This document shows positions 49,011-63,126 of a stretch of 64,000 nucleotides of DNA, piece by piece; the first letter of the stretch is position 1, and the number at the start of each line of letters is the position of its first letter. The DNA is taken from positions 981,211 through 1,045,210 of the forward strand of contig NC_083427.1 in assembly GCF_020745735.1 (NCBI RefSeq). Reading direction: 5' to 3'. The translations under genes and the position numbers were made by a program. The DNA is from Hemiscyllium ocellatum. Lineage: Eukaryota. The notes beneath the pieces were generated by a model. That model was not told where the DNA came from and did not search any database. It saw only the letters and a list, made by a program, of their open reading frames with translations.

Positions 49011-51508
49011 CCACTATCACTGTACTGCAAGGGCTCTAAATATCTTTTTTCTATGTTTTCGAAACAACTTGTTCAGTTATGCTATTGCATACATACAAAA
49101 GAATTATTTTTTGCACCCGAGCCTTCTGGTTCACAGGTACCTATTTGAATACGTTAAATCTACAGAGATATGATTAAACACCACCAGGTGGAATTTGAAA
49201 CGAGGAATTGAATCGATTTGAACCCACAGCTTTTGTGCTGCAGGACACTTCACACATTCATTTCAACTTATTCAGTCAAGCTATTCAAAGATGCTAATCT
49301 GCTCCTCTGGAGAAGGTGGGATTTCAACTAGGATCTGTTGGTTTCGGGATACGTCTTCACATTGTTGTAGGAATTTCCTCATTAAACTGTTCACAGATAT
49401 TATGACATGCCCCTTGAGCAAATTGGACTTGGCCTCTGAGACTCCTGATTAAAAGGCATGAACACTGGCACTTCACAACAAGAACCCTAATTCTTCACCA
49501 TTCTTTTGACAATGGTGGGGCAGGGTGGGAGGGGTTCCTGAATATTCCAGAGGAGGCCTGTTGCCTCTTTTGTATTGAATGTGTTTCTTCCAAATTAAAA
49601 GAAGTGGTGAGCTGGTGTGCGTGTGCAACCCTGTACTGGCTGAAAAAACATTCTATTCAGGAGCACTTCCCGCTGCTACGTGGCAATATATACCACACAT
49701 AGACATTTGGACGGAATGTACTGTCAGCTGTAAGAAAGTGTGCTTGTTTAATACAGAAAGGGCATGAGGGAGAAAGCGACAGACTGAGAGATAGAGCGAG
49801 AGGAGATTGATCGTGGGTGGGTACTGAGAGAGTGGGGGAAAACTCGAGTTATGGTTTAAAGGATGGCAGGCAATGAGAAAAAGGTGGAGAGAGGCAGAGG
49901 GAAACAGTGAAAACTGGAGGTCGAAAGTTAAAACGGCGCTGGTATGCAAAAGAGACAGTGTGAGTGAGAAGGAGAGAGAGGAAGTTAGTGAGAAAGAAAG
50001 TATGGTAAGAGTAGGAACCATGTATTTCTGAGTCTCACTTTTGTAAGTTAAAACAAATTTGCTCCATTCTTTCCTCCATGGTAATTGCTTGGTTTTGGAT
50101 ACAACCAACAATGTCGTGTCTCCTCAATAATCTATTTTAACAACACAGAATCTGATTCCGAACTCTCAAGTAACTTTTCTTTGCCCAGTTCAAGAACAGT
50201 TTATTTTATTTATATATTAAGAATTTTCATTTTGTTCCATTCATTACGTTTCGCTTTCCCACTTATAATTGCAAAGAATGCCTTTAAATCCTTCAGGTGT
50301 ATTTGGAAATAATATCACAGTCTCGCAGGTAATATTAATTCGAGGGTGAAGCCAAAATATATTTTCAGACACATCAGTCACCAGTTCCAAGATATCAAAG
50401 ATGCAATAGTCTGAAATCCAAGGAATGCAGATTTGGGATTTTCGAAAAAAGTTTGGAGAAATTTCCACAGAAAAACAATAATGGGGCAGCATTGAAGGTG
50501 ATTAAGCACCATCAATAACATTTCAACGTTGAAGTTAATCTCGACAAGAATCATGTGGTCAATGAAGGAAATATGCAACAAGTGATGTGGGATACAACAG
50601 GAAGTGTACGGTCATTCGAATGCGATTTACAAATCGGTGATTATTAGAAGAATCTGGTGAAATATTTTTAAACATGGTATGAATCGTTCCCACTATAGGA
50701 CCGAGGACAGGGAGAAGAGAAAACAGAGGTTGAAATTCAATTTGTAATGAATCTCGTGATGACAAGTATTTGTAATTGATAGACGTTTCGATCAGTAATG
50801 GAATGGAAAATGGCAAGAAAATGCAGTTGAGAATCAACATTGGCTACGTTGAATAAACGGAGCAGACTGGAAGAGCTAATAATCTAACTCTGTTGCAGCA
50901 TCTGATCTTCATGGCGTTAATATTAGCAGTCTGAACATCCGTCGTATTTGGACAAAGTTTGTGTACCTAATATTAAATATTTCCGAGTGATTCCCACTTC
51001 AAAACATGTTGTATCCATTTTAATTGCTTCGGCAGCCTTTTTTCTCCTGAGAACAGAAGAGTTCCTGCAGTTCATTTCCAAACATGTCTCACTGTTGCAA
51101 AGAGACAAGAAACGTGTCGAGGGATGCTTTGTATCCACTTTTTTCTATTAGCTGATTAAGACAGCTTCATTTCGGTACTGGAATGGGTGAGACTCTCAGT
51201 CAACTTTAGGAATTCACACTTGATCTAGCTCACATAGGCCATAAAGCCAAAAACTTAACAATTACAGTTAGTTTAATCAATGAACATTTGCAACATCAGC
51301 ATGGAAACTGTCACTTCACATTGTATTCCAGAAACTCCAAATTGGGGGAAAGATCACCAAATATATTGCTGAAAATTTACACCACTTCATTCAAGATAGG
51401 GGGAATTGCTTAACGAGATATAACGACAGAAAACTCGCAATAATATCCATAACATTTTTACACATATTGGAACTGTTGTATCACATAACTATTCCTGATT
51501 ATTTTTAG

Positions 51509-51765
51509 GTGTTGCCACGAGACGGACGTTTCTGTCAATACAATGAACAATTTCATGAAAAAGATTTGGCCAAAACAGACAGCGACCATTATGTGTGAAA
51601 TCATCTGCAGCGACTTAGAAGACATCACTACGTTGTTCCAAGTAGATAGGAGTAAGAGAACGGAAGAGTAAGAGTAAGTGACAACTAGAAATCCTCAGTG
51701 GAATGGAAGGAAATTCATCACTATGAGCAAGCATCAAGTAATGGTAGCAGATTGGGAAAACTATG
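51509..51765 (+). pseudogene. Decayed IgNAR C4-like exon
   Basis: TTTTAG|GT acceptor. With one frameshift it reads CHETDVSVNTMNNFMKKIWPKQTATIMCEIICSDLEDITTLFQVDRSKRTEE*E*VTTRNPQWNGRKFITMSKHQVMVADWENY, colinear with C4 (CRQTDIV..IWTQKTATIVCEIVYSNLENI..NPIWNGSKFTILSK..EWD). It contains stops and is 3'-truncated. Confidence 0.9.
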
Positions 51766-51999
51766 AAATACCAATGTCAGCCAAAAAATTCTGTTGGGCC
51801 AGAGCACTGGCGAAAAGTCACGCAGACATACTACGACGCAGAAACTCCACACAGTTTGTCACCCACGTCTGGAATCAAAACCAATTCCGTGGTGCCCTGA
51901 GTAAACATTGCTAACCATTGATCCCATTGAGTCTGCACGAACCTGAAGAACATTCCATCCAAATCCACCCACGCCCTATCACCAAACAGTACTTTTGTT

Positions 52000-52420
52000 T
52001 TAAATATTGCTAACCAATCTAACCTGCACACGACACGAAAATTTTCTGCATGGCCAATCTATCTAACGTGCAGATTTTTAGATAGCATGGAAATGCTCAT
52101 AGACACCGGGTGGCTTACAAACTCCAAACAGACGCTCGTCTAAGTCAGGAATCCAACTCGGATCCCCGGTGCAGTGTGGCATCAAATATTTCACCCGACA
52201 CTCATGGCACGGGGACTCAGTAGTTCAGTGGTGAGCACCGTTGCCTCACAGTATCAGGAAATTAGTTCCTATTCCTCGGGCGAGTATCTGCGTGCAATTT
52301 GCGCGTTCTCCACACATGTCGACGTAGATTTCCTTGCACCGTCCAGAGATTTGCAGATTGGGTGAATTAACCATGCCATTTGCCCATAACGTCAAAGAAT
52401 GTGCAGGTTAGTTGGGGTTC
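52000..52420. mobile_element. Two degenerate V-SINE fragments (- then +) in the pseudo C4-C5 intron
   Basis: Similar to SINE body and head sequence elsewhere in the window. Confidence 0.6.
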
Positions 52421-52804
52421 AGTGGCAAGTAAAATGAGCTACTGTTATAACAAATCATTCACTGTCCACATAAATTACCCATATACATAGCAATATGCAA
52501 TATTATAATTTTGACCTTGTTCATTCTGTAAATACTAATCTGAATATGCTATAATTGATTGCATCCCATCAGTTACTGTCATTTTTTTAAAAGCTGATCG
52601 ACTCGACCTTCTGGTAATTGAACACGAAAAGGAGGTAAAGCTACCAAAATTCAGCATGAGTTTCATCGATGAATAATTGGAGTTATGTGTAAGTCTTTGA
52701 GATAGAAGATAATTCTACACCTCCATACGTATACTATGAGAAACAACAAAAATTGTTAAATCTGTACAAACAACGGACTCAGCAAAGTATGGTTCTTTTG
52801 ACAG

Positions 52805-53163
52805 TTGATGAAATGCGTCCTCATGAATTTTACATCCTGATCTCATCCACGGCCGAGATTAACGCAGAGAAGACGGCTTTCCTGCTCTTATCCTGCAGAA
52901 AGTTACGTCGGCTGGATGGTTAATTACGCACTTTCAGATCCAGGGTACTACAGCCCAGTGGACCGCAATAGAGAAAATGTTTCAGTTCCAATACCAGCTG
53001 ACTAAGATTCAATGCAGCAGCGCAATGCAGGGGAACCAACTACTCCTCGTTCGGCGACATGGCCTTCAGCTGCAAGTTAATTAAATTTCAAATAATTCCG
53101 ATGGAAAAACCAACGTTTGTTAATGTTTGACATGTTCTGATTTACAGTTTCATGTCCTGTTCA
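52805..53163 (+). pseudogene. Decayed IgNAR C5 plus secretory-tail exon
   Basis: TTTTGACAG|TT acceptor. Blocks VDEMRPHEFYILISSTAEINAEK, YPAESYVGWMVNYALSDPGY and tail GK/PTFVNV*HVLIYSFMSCS align with DDQMRLPQVYLLQPSTDEIDAEN, YPAEIYIGWMANDTLLDTGY and GKPTAVNVSVVLSDIVKTCT. Multiple frameshifts and stops. Confidence 0.88.
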
Positions 53164-54364
53164 TCATCTGAATTATCTACAGTATAGATTCTGGGAGATG
53201 TATTTCACCTTTTACGCCAAAATCTGAGCAACTGTGTCTGATGTAGATATTCTGAAAATCTCATGAATGGTTCACTGGCATTATTAGAGCAAGACAGAAT
53301 TGTTAAAGTGGCTTTGATCATTTCAAATAATGCAGAAACAAAATCTGAAGGCTTCCGTACCCATATTTTGCAAAATTTTATTTTACACTTGATTCAAATA
53401 CGCATACTATCCAGTGTGATATGTGAACAGTGCAATACGACTGGTGCCCAACGTTTTACGTCCTTGACTGTTGTTTTAATCATTTACTCCGAGGTGATCT
53501 ACAAATCAAGACTTCACGCGTGTGTTGATGGCACCTGGCTCTGCTTGAACAGCTTTTATTTTGAATCGGCGGCTTCTCTCTGAACAATGCTTGTATGATA
53601 GCTATGAGTGGACGGGCAGAAGATCCAACAATGAAAAAATATAGAGACCATCAAAACCAATTTTTACTGTTCCTGCCAAAACATTCATTTCAGAATTCCC
53701 TGATCCACTCTTCTCTTTGGCCATTGTCCGATGCAAAACCAGGATTCAGAGTATCAACATCCCAATGGAAACCGAGCTTTCTCCAAACATTATTGACTCC
53801 ACTCCAACGACTGGTTTCTTGCCACTTTGAAATTTCACTCGACTCTCAACTTTTCTTTGCTCATGAGTTGCTGAAAATGTTATTATTTCCTTTGTTACAT
53901 GTCGATTTGACGACTGAATCTATCTCCTGGAAAAACTCCGATCATCTTGCACATTCAAAATATTTCTTCGATTTTCGTCCTTTGACATCATTCGTAGGGC
54001 TTCCGTATTTACAGCAATCAAAATGTACACTGAAGTGGTAGAATGAGAACGTGATTGAACTATTAATATAGATATCCAGGTTGGTGAACTCAGTTGATGT
54101 CTCACCACAGTTGCTGCTGGAATTGGAGGTTGATTAACAAATCTGGAATTGCTCTTAGCAATAGCGACCATGGGACCACCTTAAAAAAAAACACTGTTTC
54201 GTTCAGATCCCACTTCATTAAACAAAATCTCCTAGGCCTTATACAAACTGCGCAGGCATTTTCTAAAGTTGCTGTAGAATTGCCGCATGAGCCATTCAAT
54301 TTGCGCGCAATTAGAGGTTGGTGAAAAGTGCTGATGTCTCCATTTTGTGAACAAAACAGAATTG

Positions 54365-54690
54365 GGTGGCACGGTGATTCCATGGTTAGCACTGCTGCCT
54401 TACAGCACCAGGGACCTGGGTTTGCTTCACCCCTCGGTCAACTGTCTGTGTGGTGTTTGCAGATTCTCCCTGTGTCTGCGTGGCTTTCCTTTGTGTGCTC
54501 TGGTTTCCTCCCACAATCCAAAGGTGTGCAGGTCAGGTGAATTGGTCATGCTACATTGCCCGCAGTGTGAGGTGCATTAGTTAGGGTTAAATGTAGGGGG
54601 TGTGTTTGGGTGGGTTACTGATCAGAGAGGCGGTGAGGGCATGTTGGATCGTAGGGCCTGTTTGCACACCACACAGAATTTAATCTAATT
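54365..54690 (+). mobile_element. V-SINE (HE1-like)
   Basis: tRNA-like head, V-domain and TAATCTAA tail. Confidence 0.85.
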
Positions 54691-55879
54691 TGGAAGACAT
54701 TCTTGTTGTCCTATAATATTAATCTCTTCTGTATCCCACTTTTCTACTGTCTGATTGATGGCAGTTAATGGCTGTTACGTCAAAAACAATAAAAGATTTT
54801 CCATGTTTTTAATATGTCTGCTGATCCAATCATTGTCACAATCGTTGAGTTTCACGCTCATCTCGTGGGGGACAAGAGATCTTTGTTTAATCTCTACTGC
54901 TAATACTTCGTATGCACGATGTCAAAATGGAAGCTCTGGCACAGGTTAATGGATTGATTGGCAAGCTGCAGTCCAGGAGGATCGTCCAGAAAGCTCAGCG
55001 CTGTGAGTGGAGAGGATAGCAAATCTTTGCATAAAAACTCACAGCGACAACCGTTATTGCAAGTGTCAGACTTTGCATGGGATTTTGTTGGTTAAAAGTC
55101 TCCAATACAAGGTTTGATTTTTAGAATGCAAAGAAGGAATGCAAAGAGTAAACTTATTACAGATGAGATAATCTGTTAACTCAGAGAAGTGCACACCTGT
55201 AATTATGTCAGAGAACGCACACTCACTAACCAAATTTGCGCAATACATGCCTGACCTGCCCACGGGTACGCAAAGGTGTCTGAGAATTACTGTGGCAGCA
55301 GTTCACACTCTGTCCAATGGAACGTTAAGACGTTTATTCTCATGGTAACACGATGATTTTGGCGAACATTTTTTTCTGAGATGTATTATCTGTCCATCCC
55401 AGATGTTGTCTTCATAAGTAGACAAGAGATGGCTTGATGAAATGTTGTACCTGCTAATGCTGGAGCATCCCTCTGTGATTGGGGGAAAGGCTGCTGTTGA
55501 ATAAGTGTGCATATATCTTTCCTGGTGGCTTGTTTAGAAAGGGAGAGATTTGGTAGCATAGGATGTGTCACCTATGTACACAGGCAATATTTTTCTGAGT
55601 GGGAGAAGCACAGAAAATACATAAAATTTCTGATCTACGTTACATGATCCGAACTCTACTGTTCTAACACAATAAGTACATATTTTTTTCGCTATGATGG
55701 ACATCGTGTCAATCAGTATCAGGATGACAAAATTATCAGCTCTGTTTTCAAGAATGGTAAGTTGAAATTTTATTCCATCACCAAACCTGTGATCACTAGT
55801 TTCATTTCGTCACTCCTATGCTGTATTCTGATTTCAACGTGAAAAAAAAATTTATAACAACTACCAATCCCTTCTCGAA

Positions 55880-57800
55880 ATCTTGAGGAAGTCCTTTAAG
55901 TATATTAAAGGAAAAATGACACCAAGAGAGAATAGAACCCTTCGTGGACCAAAGTGGACATGTATGTGCAGAACTGCAGGATATGAACGAGGTTCCCAAT
56001 GATTATTTCTCCTCTGTGATCACCATGGAGGAAGACGTGAAGACTTAGAAACTTAGGGAAGATGGCATGATGGCTTGGGGACAGTCTCTATTGCAGTAGA
56101 TAAGCTTTTGTGTATATTAGCATGCATGGAGATAAATCTCCTGGTCCTGACCAGATATATCCAGAAATATTGCAAGGAGCTAGAGAAGTAATTTCAGTGA
56201 ACCTGACTGATATTTTTGCGTCATTGGTAGCCACAGGTGAAGACCGAGAAGGCTGGAGTATAGCGAATTTGGGCCTATTATTGAAGATGAACTGCAAAGA
56301 GATGGCTAAAAATAAGCTCAACATCTGAGTTGGGTTAGTTCCGAAAGAAGATTCGGAGAGATAAAATCGACATGCCATTGGAAATACAGGATTTGTCAGC
56401 ATGGTTTTGCGACTGAGAGATCATGCCTCACAAATATTCTGGAGTTCTTTGATGAAGTGAATAGGAACGTTGACAAAGGCAAGGCGGCATATGATGCGGC
56501 GCGGTGGCACAGTGGTTAGCACTGCTGCCTCGCAGCGCCAGAGACCCGCGTTCAATTCCCGACTCAGGCGACTGACTGTGTGGAGTTTGCACATTCTCCC
56601 TGTGGGTGGGTTTCCTCCCACCGTCCAAAGATGTGCACGTCACATGAATTGGCCATGCTAAATTGCCCGCAGTGTTAAGTAAAGGGGTAAATGTAGGCAA
56701 ATGGGTGGGTAGCGCTTTGGCCAAAAGGCCTGTTTCCACACTGTAAGTAATCTAATCTACATGAATTTCAATATCGCATTTGATACGTTTCCATATGTTA
56801 GGCTACTCTGGCAGATTAGATCGCACGGAAGCCTGTGAGTAGTGGAAAGCCTCAAGGCTCAGTACCTGGCCCATTGCTGTGCCTTATCTATATCCATGAT
56901 TAATACGTTTGCTGATAACACTGAAATAGGTGTGGACAGAGGAAGGGTATCAAAAATTGCAGCACGACCTTGATCAGCTGGGAAGGTCGGCCGTGAAATG
57001 GAGTTTAATCTTGATAATTGCTATACTGCATTTCAGAAAGTCAAAAGAGGGAAGGAGATTCATGGTGAATGAGAGGGCCTTAAGGAGTGTAGTGGAACAG
57101 AGGGATCTTGGAGTTCAGTTTCACAGTTCTGTGAAAATGGAGTCACAGGTAGACCGGATAGTGAAGAGGGCTTTTGGCACACTGACATTCGTCAGTCAAA
57201 GCATTGAGTATAGAAGTCATGAAGTTATGTTGCAGAAATGCAGGATGTTGGCGAGGCCACACTTGTAGTATTGTGTTCAATTTTTAAAAACGTTTTGTAG
57301 GAACGAACGAGGTCAGAAGACATTTACAAGGATGTTTCAATGACTCAAGAGTCTGAACGAGAGGAAGGGTTGGACAGGCGAGGCCTTTTCTTCTTTACAG
57401 CGAAGGAGATGCAGGGCGAATGTTAGAGAGTTGCATATGATCATGGGAGGCATAGATAGGGCGAATGCACGCAGTCATTTCCTCAGCATTGGGGAATGGA
57501 GGACTAGAGAGCATCAGTTCAAGATTGGGGGGAAAGTATGAAATGGAATCAGATGGATAACCTTTTCTTTAACACACAGTGTTGGACGTTTATGGAATGA
57601 GCTGTACATGGAAGTGTTGAAGTCGGGTACATTATGAATATTTGAAATGCATATGTTTAAATACATGGTTAGGAAAGGATTCGAAAGATGTGGACCAAGT
57701 GCAGAGAAATGGGGTAATTGTGGACGGAACCTTTGCTCGGCATGGGACAGTTTGGACCAAAGGGCTGTAGGACTTTATGACTCTCAGTGCAGTATGACCC
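55880..57800 (+). mobile_element. CR1 LINE interrupted by a V-SINE
   Basis: KSPGPDQIYPEIL, HGFA...CLTNILEFFDEV and EQRDLGVQFHSSVKMESQVDRIVKRAFG. Confidence 0.85.
56496..56759 (+). mobile_element. V-SINE nested in CR1
   Basis: Full head-to-tail copy. The LINE sequence resumes across it (GCATATGAT | CTACATGAATTTC). Confidence 0.9.
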
Positions 57801-60210
57801 AGAAGTCTACGAGTTTGAAGAAGACATATTGGCAAGGGTTAATGAGGATACCGAATGAGCATTTATTTTTCGTCATTGGTTGCTCTTTAGAATGTGGTGG
57901 TGAACATCTTCTTTGAATTGTTGCAGTGCCTTTGGTGAAGATACACCACAATATCTTCCAGGAGCATGATCCAGGATTTTCCCTCAGTGACATCAGAGGA
58001 ATTGTAATTGATTTGTCGGTGTCGATGGTGACTGCTGTGGAAGGGAACTTGCACTTGGTGATGTGCAAGAGCAACTGAAGCCATTGTCATTCTCCATGGA
58101 AGTCGAAGTTACTGTTTAATGTTACTATTAAAATTTGCACCTTGTTGAATTTCTGTCATGCGGTTTGCACATTGTTCTTAGAGAGTACCATGAAATAAAT
58201 GGCAAATGATGGTGTATTTGCTGCCAATCAAATGTCCTGTTTTATCGAGTGTTGTCAGAGTTAACTGACCAAGGCAAATCAAGAATCATCTGGAGGCCGT
58301 CGAGATTGGTCATGCACGAGGCACTTCATATAATAACAGAATTCTGACGAATTAAAAAAAGGCTATTCGGCACAACATGCCTGCACACACTGCACACAGT
58401 TCCACTGTCTGCCACATTGTTGCAATCAGGCAATGGAGCTTTTGCCAAAACCAACCCTCCGAGCATGCAGTTCAGTGGACACTGTTGGACACATCGTGAT
58501 ATTGTCAATGCAATTATCCTGCACGTCTTTGGACTGTTGGGGGAATCTACAGACACAAAGATAATAAGCAATCTCTACACAGACAGTCGCCAGAATCGAT
58601 CCCAGTTAGTTTTCCCTGAACTGAATTTCATTGAATTGAACTGAATTAGCATTACTATCACATGTTCTGGACAGAGAACAATTGTTTGCAAGTCACCACA
58701 TAATAGGTATAAGTCTTAGGTAAAAGTCACCAAGATACAGAAATTTACGTATTGGTTACTAAATAGAAAGAAAGGTCTGTCGTATGAATAAGTAGGAAAG
58801 TGAAATCATTCTTGTGCTGCTCCTCGCCTTCTTTCATGCATATTTCATTGAACCAGTGTGGAACCCCTTCCATTGCTGTTGTTGCAAATTGGCTCTGCCG
58901 AGCTATGAGGTTGTAAGTTTGTTGGAGAAAAGTTCTCTGTTGATACTTCTATGTTCCACTGCACTGATGCCCCGTTTTGTTTTTCTAGATCTGTTCCGAG
59001 TCCATCTCGTTTAGCATGACAACTGTACACAATACAATGCAATTATTCTCATTGTGACAATGATTTGTGCTATGATAACATGCCTGTGCACTGGCCTGTC
59101 TTACCAATAATGTCATGGCGAGGTCCATTTGCAGCAGACAACTTCGTGAGGACGAGGTCAATTATATTTTTCCTTCTTACTGGTCACCCCATTGCGTGCC
59201 ACCCCAGCTCTCTTTTCAATTCGTGCTCAGCATGGAGGAGTACTGATTTAATTGGTTGATGAGGATCCCTTGCAAAATGTTGACCTGATGCCGTGAGACT
59301 TCATGAACTCCAGAGTCAATGTTCTGTACTGTGAGATAAACTCATACTTGACTGAGTTCCTGCATCACAAACTCTGCTGGATATGCCCGAAAAATAGGAA
59401 ATAAATAGCTGACAGAAGATGATGGAGGTGTTTGAGATATTTGAGTAGTGCATGCGGCAATGTCAGGCTCATTTCTGACTCCCCTGTGAAACAGTTTCTT
59501 CAATCTGGATCTAACCGTCAGATACAACGCCATGCAGATTCCACAGGGATGGATTTTCTGTTATGCTTTTATGCCTTATTTGATACAACGTATCTGTCTG
59601 GGATCAGTTGAGAACACACTGAATATTTTGTGAAACCATTTCGAACTGCAGTTAAAAGTCGCTCACATACCTCAGGGCAATCATAAAGGGACACTAAATA
59701 CTATATTTCCTTTGCGCCCACACTCCTGAACATATTAAATGAAAACATTGTCTTCCATCCTAATATCCCTTATTTCGGTACAATTTATAGATCGCCAAAA
59801 TGCGTCGAGGAGAAAGACAGCTGAAAGTAATTAAAGTTTGGTCTTTTTTCAAAGTAAAACATAACAAAGAACATCGAAGACAATTCGGGTAACTTCCAAT
59901 GAAAAGGGGAAGAAAACCAGGAATTTGCTTTAAATAACTTAAATCTCTCTAAAAGAAAAACTAGCTATCTTAAATCCAAGAATTATCTTTTCTTATATAT
60001 AATGGATACACTAAACATAAATGTAGATTACATTTGGGGTTAAATTGTTGTGTTCAATGTTGATACATGCTGTTTCAGAAAGAATCAGTCTATACAAGCG
60101 TTTCATAAATCTTGGGGACAGATGCATGATACTGAAATCGGATGTTAGACATCTTGTCAAAATGCTCCTGTAAAATTCCGTGGAAGGCAACGAGCATTTG
60201 GTCATGATAT

Positions 60211-60534
60211 GATTAGATTCTCTACAGTATGGACACAGGCTCTTTGGCCCAACAAGCCCACACTGACTCTTTGAAGTGTAACCCACTGCAGACTCATTCC
60301 CCTACTTTTACCCCTGACTAAAACTCCAAACACGATTGGCAAATTAGCATGGCCAATTCTTCTGATCTGCACATCGTTGGACTGTGGGAGGTACCCAGAG
60401 TACCGGGAAGAAACCCACGTAGACACGCGGAGCACATGCAAACTACACTCAGGCAGTCGCCTAAAGCTGGAATCGAACCCAGGTGCCTGGCACTGTGAGA
60501 TCGCAGTGCTAACCACTGAAGCACCATGCTGCCC
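60211..60534 (-). mobile_element. V-SINE (HE1-like)
   Basis: Reverse-strand head, V-domain and tail. Confidence 0.85.
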
Positions 60535-62139
60535 AAACTACTGAGCCAGCGTGCTGCTCATTAATATGTACTCAAGTCAAGAACAGTTAACCTGTAAACA
60601 TTTCCCATTTCATGACAAGTTTTCATATTATTAAGTTGTGATTTTTGATATTCAGTGTGATCAAGACAGTCTTTCCCTATTTCCGATTGGCTTCTCGTTC
60701 TACGTGACATCACTCGTCTAAACATTTACTTCCAGCTTATGTGGGAACGTGCATCATTGAAGCCAATAAACCAGTGACACGACTATCAGCAACTGCGCTT
60801 TGTAAAGATAGAATCTCAGAAAAGCGATTAGAACTGCTTGCTTAACTTCTTTTCTTAACATGGACATTCAATTCTCCTTCTTTAAGTTTACTGTTAAATG
60901 CAAGAAACCAAAGAACTGATGAAATTCCATAAATTAAAATAAACTCAGTACAAATGATGATCTGTTCACATGATTAGGCCTGATATTGCAAGAGTGGCAG
61001 GGTTTCTGATCCAAGCCTTTAACATTGATCAAGGCATTTACAAGTAAATAAACATGAAAAGCGTTCCTACCACAGCCTTTAAATCATAATTAAGAAGCTC
61101 AGAATGTCAAACAGCTCATTAATCTTGAATTCCTCACTGAAACAAGATCCAGACATTCCACGTGGAACAACAAAAAAAAAATAGAATTAAGCTAAATAAT
61201 TAAATAATAGAACAATCCAAAACAAAATTAAAAGGTGGAAGTAAACACTCCTTCGCATCACCACAGTGTCCCTGTTCAAGGTATTCTGTAGATGGAAGAA
61301 ATGATCGACGATGAAGGTTGTTGACAATTACATCAATGACTCAGAAAAGGAAATCTTCAATAAAGCTTTATAAGGATACACATTGAGAAGAAAGTTAACT
61401 TTGTGTATTTTCCCTTCCAAATGTATTGCCAGTCTCAAGACCTTGCCAAATGGGTAAACCCAGAAATAGATTCAGGATTGCCATACCTGGCCGGGAGTGA
61501 AAATGCCAAAACTGGAGAAATCTTTCAAACCATGTTTTAGCATTATGCGGGGATATATTCCGGGAAGCTATCAGGAACATCAAATAAAACATTCTGAGGC
61601 CCTTGGGCAAATATATTGAATGAGCCATTGACTTTTACAAGAAACACGAGGTAACGAAGAACTTACATTGCCACCTGCATAATGTATTTACTTGCAGATA
61701 AAATATGAAATTCTATCCTTCATATCAATTGGATGCAATCCTTGGAAATTGCTATCTATCAGAGTTACAATGTGACTTGATGTATATCGGAATGTTAGAA
61801 GCGATATTGTTTTAAAAGGGTTGAATTCCAGGACAGTGAAAAATCCTTGTGTCACCTCTGCCATGAAAGAAATGAATGTTTGCTTTGTATCTTAAAACTT
61901 GTACTCTCTCTTATTTACAATATAGCTTCGTAAGATTTGCAGGTAAGGCTATTGTTGGAGTGATATTTACTTGAACAATAGCAAACAATCAGAACGTCTG
62001 CCATCTTGCTCAGCCGATAAAATTCATTTGCATCCAACGATAGAATTCAAGTGCACCTTCACTTTGAACGTGGCTCCTGTTTTATTTTGTAAACAAAATT
62101 ATTTGTCGATCAACGCAACGGTGAAATTTGTCAACATAA

Positions 62140-62645
62140 TGTGCTGGACTATAACAAATAAGGCTCAGAAAAGGTTGACAAGGATGTATCCAATTTTGGA
62201 GGATTTGACTGAATAGGCTGTGGCTGCTTTCCATGGAGCGTCAGGGGCGAAGCTGCATAAACTCATCATAGAGGTTTATAATATCATGGGAGCATGCATA
62301 ATAATAGGACACAAATATTTCCCCTAGCGTGGGGATTCCAGAACTAGAGTGCATACGTTTATGGTGAGATGGGAAATCTTTAATAGGGATCTCAGGGGAA
62401 CGTTTTGATGCTTGCTTTGTCAGAGGGTGATCCTTGTATGGAAGAATCTGCTGGAGGAAGTGGTGGAGACTGGTACAATTGGTACCATTTTAAAGGCACC
62501 TGGACGGATATTTGAATAGGAAGGGTTTAGAGGGATATGAGCCAAGTGCTGGCAAGTGAGACTAGATTAGTTCAGGATATCTGTTTGGCATGGACAAGTT
62601 GAAATGAAGGATTTATTTCCCGTGCTGTACGGCTCCATGACTCCA
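62140..62645 (+). mobile_element. CR1 3' fragment
   Basis: RLTRMYPILE motif and (ATGACTCC) tail. Confidence 0.7.
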
Positions 62646-62835
62646 AATATTATTGAAGTTTTATTCCAGTTTTCTCGGAAGTTCCCGTCGCTTAATCGAA
62701 CAAATACTTTCAGAATGTTTTTCCAGCTTTGTGTTTCCTTCAATGACTCAGTTTGTAAAATTCATCCTGAGTTATTGTAACCATTATGCCACAAATGAAT
62801 AAATACATTTTGTGGTAAAATTCAGTCAGCCAGTG

Positions 62836-63126
62836 TGTGGCACGGTGGCACAGTGGTTAGCACTGCTGCCCCACAGCGCTTGAGACCCGGGTTCAATTCC
62901 CGACTCAGGCGACAGACTGTGTGGAGTTTGCACAGTTCTCCCCGTGTGTGCGTGGGTTTCCTCCGGGTGCTCCGGTTTCCTCCCACAATCCAAAGGTGGG
63001 CGGGTCAGGTGACTTGGCCATGCTAAATTGCCTGTAGTGTTAGGTAAGGGGTATGGGTAGGTTGCAGGTCGGTGTGGACTTGTTGGGCCGAAGGGCCTGT
63101 TTCCACACTGTAAGTAATCTAATCTA
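62836..63126 (+). mobile_element. V-SINE (HE1-like), well preserved
   Basis: Nearly identical to the 18964-19260 and 56496-56759 copies. GTAAGTAATCTAATCT tail. Confidence 0.9.

Noticed and set aside
50800-50920. GCAGACTGGAAGAGC (ADWKS) as a C3 remnant upstream of pseudo-C4
   Set aside because: Only about 15 nt match, and the spacing to the putative upstream Trp is far too short. Needs a formal alignment.
18964-63126. SINE heads as tRNA genes, and their CACAGTG/GACTGTG heptamers as RSSs
   Set aside because: The heads continue into V-domain SINE bodies without a complete cloverleaf, and no nonamer lies at 12 or 23 nt spacing.
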